IMG/VR virus record: IMGVR_UViG_3300010359_000001
Location: 2,345-66,344 of that record
DNA length: 64,000 bases
Strand: one strand, 5' to 3'
Origin: a virus
Taxonomy: Duplodnaviria > Caudoviricetes
The notes beneath the pieces were generated by a model. That model ran no database searches, was not told the origin of the DNA, and saw only the letters and a list, made by a program, of their open reading frames with translations. This document shows, piece by piece, positions 8,844 to 17,619 of the stretch (the stretch's first letter is position 1; each line of letters opens with the position of its first letter). A program made the position numbers and the translations under genes.

Positions 8844-10150
8844 GCTGGCACTGCCTCCCTACGCCTATGACCGTTCTGTCCTGGCACGCCATCACCCTCA
8901 CCTAGTAGCCCGGACTTATCGCCTACTGACAATGCCTGCTTAGGTGGAACATTGCACATCGTCATCTTTGGTAGGTCGACGACCTCACATGCACTATCCG
9001 GATCGACACCTGCATTGACTAGTGCTACGAATGCGTTGACCTTAGCTGTCAGCTCTGCGTTCTCGGCAGCCTCGTCCTCTGGTACTGGTGATTCATATTC
9101 CCATTTGATGCCTATAGCCGTAGGGCCGAACATTGGTAACAGATCGTTATTGATTGCACCTTTGATACGGTCCAGCCGAGTCGATATCAACCACTTACTG
9201 AACATGTATTCGCCAGCCATAGCATTGGCCAGGTTCACGCCATCTGTTGCACCCAACATCACCTTCGGGAAACCAAATCCCTCTAGGATCTGATCGCGCG
9301 ACAACTTACGCAGGTCGGCAAACTGCATATCTCGCATCGTGAACTTACGGTCGACCCATTCCATCCCTTCTAAAATGGCAACTCGATGAGCGTTAGCTAC
9401 ACCCTTGTGCTGCTCTGCCCAGCGTGATTGCAACTCGTCAAACTCGTTTTCGCTCAGCCTACTTGGTGCCTTGATAATTCCGCCAGGCTCTGCACTGTTC
9501 CTAAAGAAATTGCGATTCCATTCTGCCGTGTATCTGCTACTGTCGAGGTCGACCATGAGTGCCTGGACAGGTCCCAATCCACGATAAACGTCAAGAGGAT
9601 TAGGCATCCGGATCTGGATAACTTCATCGACTCGCAATGGTACTTTTTCCCCGTCCGGAGAAGTATACACGTAGCCGAGTAGGAATTTAGATGCACTCGG
9701 TACCGGTTCCATCCGGTCAGGTCGTACCGGCCACATTTCCAGCGGACCAGCCATGGGAATCATTGCACTCTTGACGAGTACCCACCAACCCTCACCGGTC
9801 AGGTCGATATGCTGCTGTGTCGTCTCGATGAACTCCTGGTAAGGCATCCACGGGTTAGGCTTGTGCAACAGATCTAGTGAGGCGTGCGATGTTACCGGGG
9901 TCTCGTCCTCTTCCTTACCGCTCTTTCCCTCTTTTACCAGGCTCCATTCAGCTGCGGCCGTTCCAGTCGACAGTTTATGTACTACGGCAAACAGTGTGGG
10001 CACTGCGCCCATTGTTCCCAGCTGTTCGCTGCGGTCTGCCTTATTGGCAAAGGCCAAACTCAGTCCGGACAGCCCAGTGCCCTTACGCCCGACGTACGGG
10101 ATGGGAACCTCGTTACGTGGCCGCCTAGTGAGTTTCGCAGCTAAGGCCAT
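8840..10150 (-). CDS. Portal protein, HK97 family
   Basis: LLHKPNPW, PVRPDRM, GLGPVQA and FFRNSAEPGGII motifs. Confidence 0.92.
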   Translation of the reverse strand: MALAAKLTRRPRNEVPIPYVGRKGTGLSGLSLAFANKADRSEQLGTMGAVPTLFAVVHKLSTGTAAAEWSLVKEGKSGKEEDETPVTSHASLDLLHKPNPWMPYQEFIETTQQHIDLTGEGWWVLVKSAMIPMAGPLEMWPVRPDRMEPVPSASKFLLGYVYTSPDGEKVPLRVDEVIQIRMPNPLDVYRGLGPVQALMVDLDSSRYTAEWNRNFFRNSAEPGGIIKAPSRLSENEFDELQSRWAEQHKGVANAHRVAILEGMEWVDRKFTMRDMQFADLRKLSRDQILEGFGFPKVMLGATDGVNLANAMAGEYMFSKWLISTRLDRIKGAINNDLLPMFGPTAIGIKWEYESPVPEDEAAENAELTAKVNAFVALVNAGVDPDSACEVVDLPKMTMCNVPPKQALSVGDKSGLLGEGDGVPGQNGHRRREAVPA

Positions 10151-10422
10151 TACTCAGTTACCCCCACGACACTCCGTGCTCCCCACAGTCCACCCAGAGC
10201 CAGCAATGCACCGCCTACGATGAACGCAACACCTATGCCCCAAGTCAGCCACGTACCCGCGACCAGCAGGACGACACCCAATAGCAACAGGAAGTCCCAC
10301 TGATCGACGGCCAATAGCAGGCTAGCCACCGGTCTAGCGATTAACCCCACCCTTGGATTGGTACGTACCAATTCTGGCGGGTATTGCTCCCTAAGCATTG
10401 CAGGAGGCATAGATAGCACCAC
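10150..10422 (-). CDS. Small membrane protein between terminase and portal
   Basis: Two hydrophobic helices in the C-terminal half; this position is common in HK97-type clusters. Confidence 0.6.
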   Translation of the reverse strand: MVLSMPPAMLREQYPPELVRTNPRVGLIARPVASLLLAVDQWDFLLLLGVVLLVAGTWLTWGIGVAFIVGGALLALGGLWGARSVVGVTE

Positions 10423-11788
10423 CTAATAGCTGATCCACCGAATGCCCGGACGTGATCCCAAATCTCTCTGCGCTACCATGTAACGCAGTGCATCCATACC
10501 GTCGTCTAGTTCCTTTACGGGTTGTTCTTTCAGTGTGTCTGCCCATACATACCCGCCGAATTCGTCGGCGGTACATATGGGTAAACTTCGATCCCGTAAA
10601 TCCTGGTCGATCCGCTGTGCACTGTCGCGCATTACGAAACAAACGGGCGCGGTTGTCTCCAGCCAACCGCAAGCGACTCTGTACGGACTGGATACCAATG
10701 TTCACTGCTTTGTTAGCCGCTACTGTCGACATTCCCAGATGACGCTCTAATGTGGCACGGTCTTCAGCATCATGGTCACAGATGATTGCTCTGGGTTTGG
10801 GTTCACGCCACGTCCCATGTGTTCCCGCTGCACTATTTGCAGCGGCACCTGGACACACCAAATCAAGTACGGACCTGGCGTGGTCCTCTACCAGCATATG
10901 GGTGTGGTATTGCTCGGCATACATGAACAACCGGCCATCGCCATCCTCTGCCCACCTTTGTAGGACAAATGGATGGGTGTACCCGAAGTCGACAGCCCAC
11001 CACCGTGGCCAACTGTCCGGAACTTGGAATCTATCAATCAGGTGAATACTGGGGTCCCACTCGTCATAAATGACTCCCTCTGCGGCAACCCATAAACCCT
11101 TACGCAGACGCAGCTTACGTACACCAGTCAAGGCATCGAGTTTCGTTATGTATTCTCGTCCATGTTCGGTAACCTTCCCGTTGTCATCGAATATTTCTGG
11201 GTTTTCCTCATGGCGACTTTCTAGCATTACAGTGGTGCCTTCACTGCACCTAGTCTTTAGCCAATGGGTGGGTTTGTCGGGGTTAGTATCGGCTATCAGC
11301 TGCTGGAATGACAGCTTCCAATTACGCAATCGAGTAGTCAAAGCCTGCCAGTCGGTCTCTGTCAACTCGACAGCCTCTTGCACATAAATCACATCGTATT
11401 CAGATGACATAACCTTACTTGGCTTATCCATCCCGCCGATGACAATGCTAGACCCAACTGCGCCGCCTGGCCCATTGTAATATCGGTATTGCGGAGGCTT
11501 CTCAGCACTGCCACCATAGAATTCAACGATTCCAGCTTCAATGGCCTCTGCAGCAACAATCTCTCTGTATGTCTTTAATGCAGTCGACCCGAGTGATGCT
11601 AGTGTCTTGCGAACTATGAGACACGTAATGCCAGGGTGTTTGAGGCATAGGATGTGCATTTTTTCCAAGCACGCGCGACTCTTCCCAGTACCTGCTGGGC
11701 CACTGACCAATATCTCACTACTACGGCAATTGAATAGAGCAACGGCACTGCCTCTAGGTCGGTACTCATGCAATACCTTTGTGGTCAT
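10423..11788 (-). CDS. terL: Terminase large subunit, split by a +1 frameshift at about 10636
   Basis: Walker A GPAGTGKS, YVQEAVE, nuclease AVDFGYTHP in the 465-aa frame; the nuclease C-terminus (...ELDDGMDALRY) is in a second frame. The joined product is 454 aa. Confidence 0.85.
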
Positions 11789-11970
11789 TGGTTGCTAATC
11801 ACCCCGATATGGCCAACAATCGGTATCGGCATACCACATCCATCACAGAGAATCATGTACGGCAGTGTGGTATTGCTGCTTAGTGCATACCGACTCGGGC
11901 AGCTTGCACATGGATTCTCATCTAACGGCACAGTGCATGTACCACTAATCATGTGCTCGCAGTTGGCCAT
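11785..11970 (-). CDS. Small Cys-rich hypothetical protein
   Basis: 61 aa, CASC and CDGC motifs; stop overlaps the terL start. Confidence 0.5.
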   Translation of the reverse strand: MANCEHMISGTCTVPLDENPCASCPSRYALSSNTTLPYMILCDGCGMPIPIVGHIGVISNQ

Positions 11971-11973
11971 GGT

Positions 11974-12120
11974 TCACCGCTCGAACACCGTATAAGTGCA
12001 CACCTTACAGATGTGCTTGGCTACAGCCACGACATTAGTCGCCGGTTCGGGAAGGTCGATTTCCTTCTCGACTTCAAACTCTGAACATTCCGAATTAGTA
12101 CACATCACAGTGACTGTCAT
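11974..12120 (-). CDS. Small Cys-rich hypothetical protein
   Basis: Below the ORF-track cutoff; MTVTVMCTNSEC...ICKVCTYTVFER, 48 aa, abuts the next gene. Confidence 0.45.
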   Translation of the reverse strand: MTVTVMCTNSECSEFEVEKEIDLPEPATNVVAVAKHICKVCTYTVFER

Positions 12121-12292
12121 AGAAACCTACCATTAAGAACACTTATGGCATAGTCAATCTCTGCCCTACTCAATGATTCGACAGTACGCGGGCAACACTG
12201 GCAGGGAGACAAAATGAGTTTTAGGAAGTCCTCAGCCGCAGCAGCATTCCTACCGGTGCCTTCAATTATCGCAGAGATAGCGATTTCCCGGG

Positions 12293-12718
12293 TCATTCGA
12301 GTGCTCCCATATCGACACCTGCAATCTCATAACGTACAGTCACCCGAGCATTGATATCCCTAGGAGCCAGCTGCCCCAATTCCTCGGCAGCGTTACGAAG
12401 TGCCCGATGCTTTGCTAAGTATAGCCTTGGCATACCAATAACTGGTACTTCGTCCAGTAGATCGTTGATTACCTCAACATCGTTCTCCAATTCGGCCAAT
12501 CGATTAACCTTCTGGGCAATCCACAGGCCCGCGACTTCATCTTCGATCGCATCCCTAGCTGATGCGATCTCATACGCATAGCGTACCGAGAAATCGTAAA
12601 CGCTAGGCTGGGATACTCCATAACGGCTCGCTAAGTCTCTCTGTGTCCAGGCATTCAGAGCTAGGTCATGTATTAGCCGTACCTTGACGGGACCTTTCAG
12701 CACAGGTCCACGAGGCAT
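12293..12718 (-). CDS. terS: Terminase small subunit
   Basis: N-terminal HTH (WTQRDLASRYGVSQPSV) and C-terminal VRYEIAGVD; upstream of terL. Confidence 0.7.
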   Translation of the reverse strand: MPRGPVLKGPVKVRLIHDLALNAWTQRDLASRYGVSQPSVYDFSVRYAYEIASARDAIEDEVAGLWIAQKVNRLAELENDVEVINDLLDEVPVIGMPRLYLAKHRALRNAAEELGQLAPRDINARVTVRYEIAGVDMGALE

Positions 12719-12993
12719 AATCGAACACCACCCTCGCCAACATCACTGCTGATAGACAGCGATAGGAAACAGGTGTCTCGCCCGTTATGGAGATAATACG
12801 GTGGATGTGTGCTGACTACTAGACACAGACCATAGATAATGGAAGGCGAGCCGCTTGTGATCTGGCTGTTGCTGTACGTCTCGCCTGCAGGACTATCAGT
12901 CACAAGCGGTTCCCTTGTGACCTCATACAGATACAGTCGAGAAAGCCCGCCAGCTTTACCCGGCGTCTTCACCTTACGATTCGCTGTTAGTAG

Positions 12994-13022
12994 TTGCAAT
13001 TTATAACTACGCCCAGTAAGTT
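12994..13022 (+). promoter_or_regulatory. Sigma70-like promoter, probably giving a leaderless mRNA for the RHH gene
   Basis: TTGCAA-17 nt-TAAGTT ending 6 nt before ATG 13029. Confidence 0.45.
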
Positions 13023-13028
13023 TGATCT

Positions 13029-13313
13029 ATGACCACACCGAACCACCCACGTACTAGCTTGACGGTCCGGTTCGATGACCCGGCATTACTGGACTCTGTA
13101 AAAATATGGGCTGCCCACGCACACCCCCGTCTGAGCCTCAACGCTGCCGCAAATTACTTACTCAGTGTTGGATTATTGGTTGCCAGAGCGGACCGGAACA
13201 CTGAACTGGTTGAACGGATCGACACAGCCGCAGCGGTGAGCGAGATCGCCAAGGTCACCAGAGAAATTGCCACTAATCTAGGGATTTCCCTGGACTCACC
13301 GCGTAACTACTGA
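13029..13313 (+). CDS. Ribbon-helix-helix (Arc-like) DNA-binding protein
   Basis: RTSLTVRF strand followed by two helices (SLNAAANYLLSVGL). Confidence 0.65.
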   Translation: MTTPNHPRTSLTVRFDDPALLDSVKIWAAHAHPRLSLNAAANYLLSVGLLVARADRNTELVERIDTAAAVSEIAKVTREIATNLGISLDSPRNY

Positions 13314-13385
13314 TAAGCTGGAGCATGCAAGGCCAAACAGAGGCCAGAGCGGCAGGAACACTGAAACCTACGCAGGGGAGTTACA

Positions 13386-13721
13386 ATGATCGACGGTGAG
13401 CTGTTCGTCCCGATGAAGCCCAGCGAGTACGGCGTCCAGGCTTCTACTGGTGGCAACATCTACACGACTAAGGATGGCCTGGCCACCGAGGACGCCGCCC
13501 ACGAATTCGGCGCGGCGCTGGAGACCGTGGTCGGCAAGGACTACCGCGTAGTCCCGATCCTGACGGTCCGGGTCGAGGCTAAGCGAGGTCGGAAGGCTGG
13601 TAGTACTAAGAGCGACACCAACGGCAACGGGCGTCCGGAGACTGCCACCAAGGCCGGTACACAGGCACCGGCCAGTGGGCCGAAGTCGGTGCCCGCAGCC
13701 GCCGGGGCCGCCAAGAGCTGA
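13386..13721 (+). CDS. Small protein with basic Ala/Lys/Gly-rich tail
   Basis: GGAG RBS, GC-rich codons, KRGRKAGS motif; followed by a strong hairpin. Confidence 0.7.
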   Translation: MIDGELFVPMKPSEYGVQASTGGNIYTTKDGLATEDAAHEFGAALETVVGKDYRVVPILTVRVEAKRGRKAGSTKSDTNGNGRPETATKAGTQAPASGPKSVPAAAGAAKS

Positions 13722-13739
13722 CAACGGGTCAGCACCTAT

Positions 13740-13781
13740 GCAATGGAGCCGAGTTGACAGCCAGTCGCTCGGCTCCATTGC
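13740..13781 (+). terminator. Hairpin terminator
   Basis: 14-bp stem GCAATGGAGCCGAG/CTCGGCTCCATTGC 18 nt after the stop of 13386-13721. Confidence 0.65.
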
Positions 13782-13873
13782 TATGTATACAGGAGAAAAC
13801 TGTGGGTAAGCGTAGGAAATGCACAAAGTGCAAGCAACCATATGGCACGCGGCACCTTCCCACCTGTCCACAC

Positions 13874-13942
13874 GCATAGGGTCCGATTTTCTATCGTTGG
13901 AGGGGTATTTAGTTGTGAAGGGTGGACTATTAGTTGCGTCTC
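13874..13942. repeat. 69-bp inverted repeat, left copy (partner 35404-35472)
   Basis: GCATAGGGTCCGATTTTC...AGTTGCGTCTC is the exact reverse complement of 35404-35472. Confidence 0.9.
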
Positions 13943-13964
13943 CATCTAGTAAGAATCACACCTA

Positions 13965-13979
13965 CTGTGAGAATCACAC
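13965..13979. promoter_or_regulatory. Putative operator CTGTGAGAnTCACAs, copy 1
   Basis: CTGTGAGAATCACAC, preceded by a degenerate copy GTAAGAATCACAC at 13949-13961. Confidence 0.55.
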
Positions 13980-14062
13980 CCAACCCCGGTCCGGGTCGCG
14001 GCAACCGATAAATACCTCTACGTATTGTGGTTTTGGCCACGTATTACACTAGCCCGATCGAG

Positions 14063-14091
14063 TTGCACACATCCATTCGGGCGCCTATAGT
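14063..14091 (+). promoter_or_regulatory. Sigma70-like promoter with no downstream ORF
   Basis: TTGCAC-17 nt-TATAGT. Confidence 0.5.
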
Positions 14092-14113
14092 CGGTAGTAC
14101 CCACTGCAACCAC

Positions 14114-14151
14114 GGGCACCGGAGCACGGTAGCGGTCCTGCTCCGGTGCCC
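14114..14151 (+). terminator. Hairpin, possibly the terminator of a small RNA
   Basis: 13-bp stem GGGCACCGGAGCA/TGCTCCGGTGCCC followed by ACCAGTTTT. Confidence 0.5.
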
Positions 14152-14328
14152 ACCAGTTTTACGTACCGATTGCACGTGGTAATCTGATCGCACCCGTGGC
14201 TCGCATGTGGCGACTGCCTGCCGCGTCCCACTGCTGAGACATGGGGCCGCCCAGTGCCCTGCCAGCTAACCGCAGAAGCTAGCCGGGCACTGGGTATGGT
14301 TCATCATTGAAATATATAGCAAGTCTAA

Positions 14329-14727
14329 TCACTGACTCCTGTGCCTACCGTAAGCGTTACCTAACTCCTTCATTAGGTCTTCGCTGCCGCCGTCTGCATC
14401 TGGGTGCAGTACCTTGCATAGTGCCCTGTATACACTCTTGACTCTATCTGGCCCAACTGCTGTGAATAGAGAATCGGCCCATCCCTGATTAGTACCACTA
14501 TTCGCTGGTCCGCGGTAGGATTGCCTATCCTCTACAATCAATACGGTATGTCCCATGGATTCTATTCGGCGTTTGAAGTCTGGAATGTCAACGACAAAAA
14601 TCGACCAGTACTTCTCGTCCGGATTCCATAGACGTCCAGGCATCTCACGGACTGCCTCTATTATCTGGCGGCTGAATGGAAATCTTACTTTAGCTTCCTC
14701 GCCCACCTTTACGATGGTAACCCTCAT
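14329..14727 (-). CDS. Protein with C-terminal J-domain (DnaJ-like)
   Basis: YRALCKVLHPDADGGSEDLMKELGNAY contains the HPD motif; the N-terminal domain has WNPDEKYW. Confidence 0.65.
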   Translation of the reverse strand: MRVTIVKVGEEAKVRFPFSRQIIEAVREMPGRLWNPDEKYWSIFVVDIPDFKRRIESMGHTVLIVEDRQSYRGPANSGTNQGWADSLFTAVGPDRVKSVYRALCKVLHPDADGGSEDLMKELGNAYGRHRSQ

Positions 14728-15332
14728 TGTCTATCACCAGGTGCTACTTTTGATCGCCGTTTTGCCCGTTGACGTTCGTTGGAATAGACATTTCTGATCG
14801 AGTCCTCGACAACCACCTTGACTAGATAGTACAACGTATCCTCACCCAACTGCTGTAGTCCATATTCCTCGATGAGTCCAACCATGACAGTTACCATAAA
14901 ATCGGTAATTCCTTCAATGGTTTCATCGTCAGGATTCTGTGGGTCGAACGCTGGCAGGCCAGATGCCGTGTCCTCTTTAGATAGAATACGGCCGCACTCG
15001 ATAGCTTTGCTTAGTGTCTGCTTTGCCTTTCCCAGTACGAGCCTATGACGTTCGATAGCATCCAATACGGTAGTCAATTGCTTGACCGAATCGGCCATTA
15101 CCTTTGCTGCCTGTGGTTTGGGCATGTCACGTACGGGTGTCTGTAGCGTGCCATCCCCCACGGCGGCTATAAAACACTCCAGATATAATCTGGACGCTCC
15201 ACTCTGACCAGTCTCTACCCGCGCGACGTGCTGTCGGCTGAACCCTGTACGCTTGCCGATCTCTATTTGACTTAGCCCGGCCTCCTCCCGTTTTCGCAGG
15301 TAATCTGCCGCCGTTAGCTCTGTTGAGTCCAC
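14724..15332 (-). CDS. XRE-family HTH regulator (repressor-like)
   Basis: LRKREEAGLSQIEIGKRTGFSRQHVARVETG; GTG 15332 follows a GAGG RBS (the ORF extends to 15404). Confidence 0.75.
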   Translation of the reverse strand: MDSTELTAADYLRKREEAGLSQIEIGKRTGFSRQHVARVETGQSGASRLYLECFIAAVGDGTLQTPVRDMPKPQAAKVMADSVKQLTTVLDAIERHRLVLGKAKQTLSKAIECGRILSKEDTASGLPAFDPQNPDDETIEGITDFMVTVMVGLIEEYGLQQLGEDTLYYLVKVVVEDSIRNVYSNERQRAKRRSKVAPGDRQ

Positions 15333-15479
15333 ATTCCTCACCACTTCCAAGTGCCTGCAACTACATGAACAAGCCTGTCGGTGTGCATAGCACTGCACCC
15401 CCATAGCACAGCACGCCTGACAGTATCAGGGTTCTACACAACAGGTCAACTCCACACAGTTGCACGCAACTCAGAGGCT

Positions 15480-15950
15480 ATTTGATCTTTAGTTGATCTT
15501 GCCAGCCGAGATGTGGATCATTGACCTGGGAAAACGCTCTATCGCACAGCACTGGCATGTAGAGATCATCATAACCTACCACACCATCTGACCAGGGCAA
15601 ACGGCGAAATTATGAAAATATGAGGTTAGATGCTCCAAGCGAAACCGTGCACACACGTCCCCCACGCACTGCACACACCGAAAACGTCTCATAATCTCAT
15701 ATATTCTCATATATATTCTCTCTATATATTCTCTCTATCTCTCTGACCTGCGACGATGGGGAGTACAAGATCATGGATCTTTTAGATTTGATCTCTTTCA
15801 GGCTGGTCTAAGTGGATCTAATCGGAGTCCGGCCGACACCGAGTTAGCAAGATCACGGACTAAAAGGATCTTGTCTGAGAGCCACGCTAACAAGATCCTT
15901 TGAACGCCCTGGGGTGATGACACCGGACAGTATGGGATCTTGTCTCAGGA
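15480..15950. other. Non-coding origin-like region (GATC cluster and TA/CT microsatellite)
   Basis: About 12 GATC sites, repeated GATCTTTT(T)AG, and TCTCATATATTCTC... low-complexity tract at about 15688-15745. Confidence 0.4.
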
Positions 15951-16153
15951 GCCACCGTAGCGGCAGTACTCGGTGTGGTTGCACTCTGTACCTAGCTGCC
16001 GTACGCTCAGGACCACGCCGACCGCTCGTTAACTCCCCCCACTCGGGTGGTCGGCACCGAGACCGGCCCAGATATGACGGGCCGGTCTCGGCATGTTGGA
16101 CGGTTGGCATATTGCCATGGATCTAGGTGCACTCGGCGTGGTATTGTTCCGGC

Positions 16154-16477
16154 ATGAACCGTACCCGGCAGGCGAGGGCCGTTGCGCGAGAGTTGTTAAC
16201 GCAACCAAATTCCGCGCGGTGGAGCTATGAATTAGCCAAAGCCGTGGGATTGACTCGTGGTTCCGTCAATAGAATCCTAAACCGAATGGTGCAGGTACAT
16301 TGGCTGGTCACTTATTGGGAGCACAGCGAGGATTTGGGACCACGTCGGCGCTATTACACAGTTACTGAACACGGATTGCCAAAACTGGTAGAATTCACGG
16401 CAGACAATAGTGATAACGGTACAGAGGCTGATGATGGTGGTGAGGCCAATGCGCACACAGTCCCCCTCGCATCGTGA
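16154..16477 (+). CDS. PadR-like winged-helix regulator
   Basis: WSYELAKAVGLTRGSVNRILNRM...W....GPRRRYYTVTEHG; a TATTGT -10 lies 6 nt upstream of ATG 16154. Confidence 0.8.
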   Translation: MNRTRQARAVARELLTQPNSARWSYELAKAVGLTRGSVNRILNRMVQVHWLVTYWEHSEDLGPRRRYYTVTEHGLPKLVEFTADNSDNGTEADDGGEANAHTVPLAS

Positions 16478-16487
16478 ATTAGTAACT

Positions 16488-16694
16488 ATGCCACGTATCG
16501 GACCATTCTTTGAGCTACCCAGTTCTGGGCCGGGCATCTGCCATGCTTGTAAGGGTACACTGTACGAACGTGATCCTGTCGCATGGGTAGACGACAATCT
16601 GACATGCAAACTATGCGTCGACAAATTAATTGGGGGTACCACTATAGGGGAAAAATCGGCACGCAGTAGGTTACGGGGTACAGATGGAAGGTGA
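16488..16694 (+). CDS. Small zinc-finger protein
   Basis: CHAC...CKLC motifs; start codon uncertain. Confidence 0.45.
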   Translation: MPRIGPFFELPSSGPGICHACKGTLYERDPVAWVDDNLTCKLCVDKLIGGTTIGEKSARSRLRGTDGR

Positions 16695-16930
16695 AGGCAC
16701 GTCACTAATATGGATTTCGACGGACATAGCTAGCTACAACCCATTAGTATTGGTAGTTCATGGCTGGCTAGAATGCCCGGACGGGACTCTGTACTTACAG
16801 GCAGAGCACCGCTACGAGGAATCGGAGGCACTATTATGGCTTCTCTCATTATCAGTATTATAGCACTCGGCATCTCGCTTTACTTCCTACACGATGCGTT
16901 TAGGACCAGACGGAGATTCAAAGAAAGGGG

Positions 16931-17182
16931 GTGGATGAAATGAGAACAGCCGGGCAATCCGTATTGAAGTTGGCAGCACTGGCGGGGGCACTCCTGTTGG
17001 TTATCTATGCAGTACAGGAATTCGGGCCAGTAGTCGGCTTTCTGATCAGCAAATTTGGATGGTTACTACTGCTGTTCATCGTAGTGTGGTGCCTATTGGG
17101 TCCGGAGCTGGGAAGGTTACGATACACACAGCAGACACACAGCCGTATGATGTATGTCGGTTCCGCACGAGTAGACGGTTAA
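16931..17182 (+). CDS. Membrane protein
   Basis: Two hydrophobic helices. Confidence 0.45.
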   Translation: MDEMRTAGQSVLKLAALAGALLLVIYAVQEFGPVVGFLISKFGWLLLLFIVVWCLLGPELGRLRYTQQTHSRMMYVGSARVDG

Positions 17183-17196
17183 AGGAAGGCTAGGAA

Positions 17197-17424
17197 ATGA
17201 GATTACTCAGCAAGGTTATCGACCTAGGCACGCCAGCCGCCGAGGATATGGATTTCACCCCATGCAGCGATGATATGCAGCGGGCAGTTCTGGCGAGTGC
17301 TGTCAATCATGGCATTGAACTGACACCAGGCCGTAGGATACTGTACGTAGAGTTGCGACTCACACCTGTCCCGCACTTGGAGAATTGCATCGTCACCGTG
17401 CCCGCGGTGGTACCAGGTGTTTGA
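17197..17424 (+). CDS. Hypothetical protein
   Basis: 75 aa with AGGA RBS. Confidence 0.5.
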   Translation: MRLLSKVIDLGTPAAEDMDFTPCSDDMQRAVLASAVNHGIELTPGRRILYVELRLTPVPHLENCIVTVPAVVPGV

Positions 17425-17619
17425 GTCGGCATATCTAGATAAGTCTAATATCCGTGCAGTACTACGCGATGGCGATGAGGTACCGGTATGGATTGCTGGT
17501 GTCCAGTATACTGGCCATGTCGAGACTGAGGATAACGAGCGGGGAGAGTGGCTGACAGTCGTAGTACACGATTGACAGACAATCGCAATTTCAATTAGTC
17601 CATTGGCTGTGGTGGGTGA

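Noticed and set aside
13754-13782. TTGACA in the hairpin loop as a promoter -35
   Set aside because: No acceptable -10 at 16-18 bp spacing.
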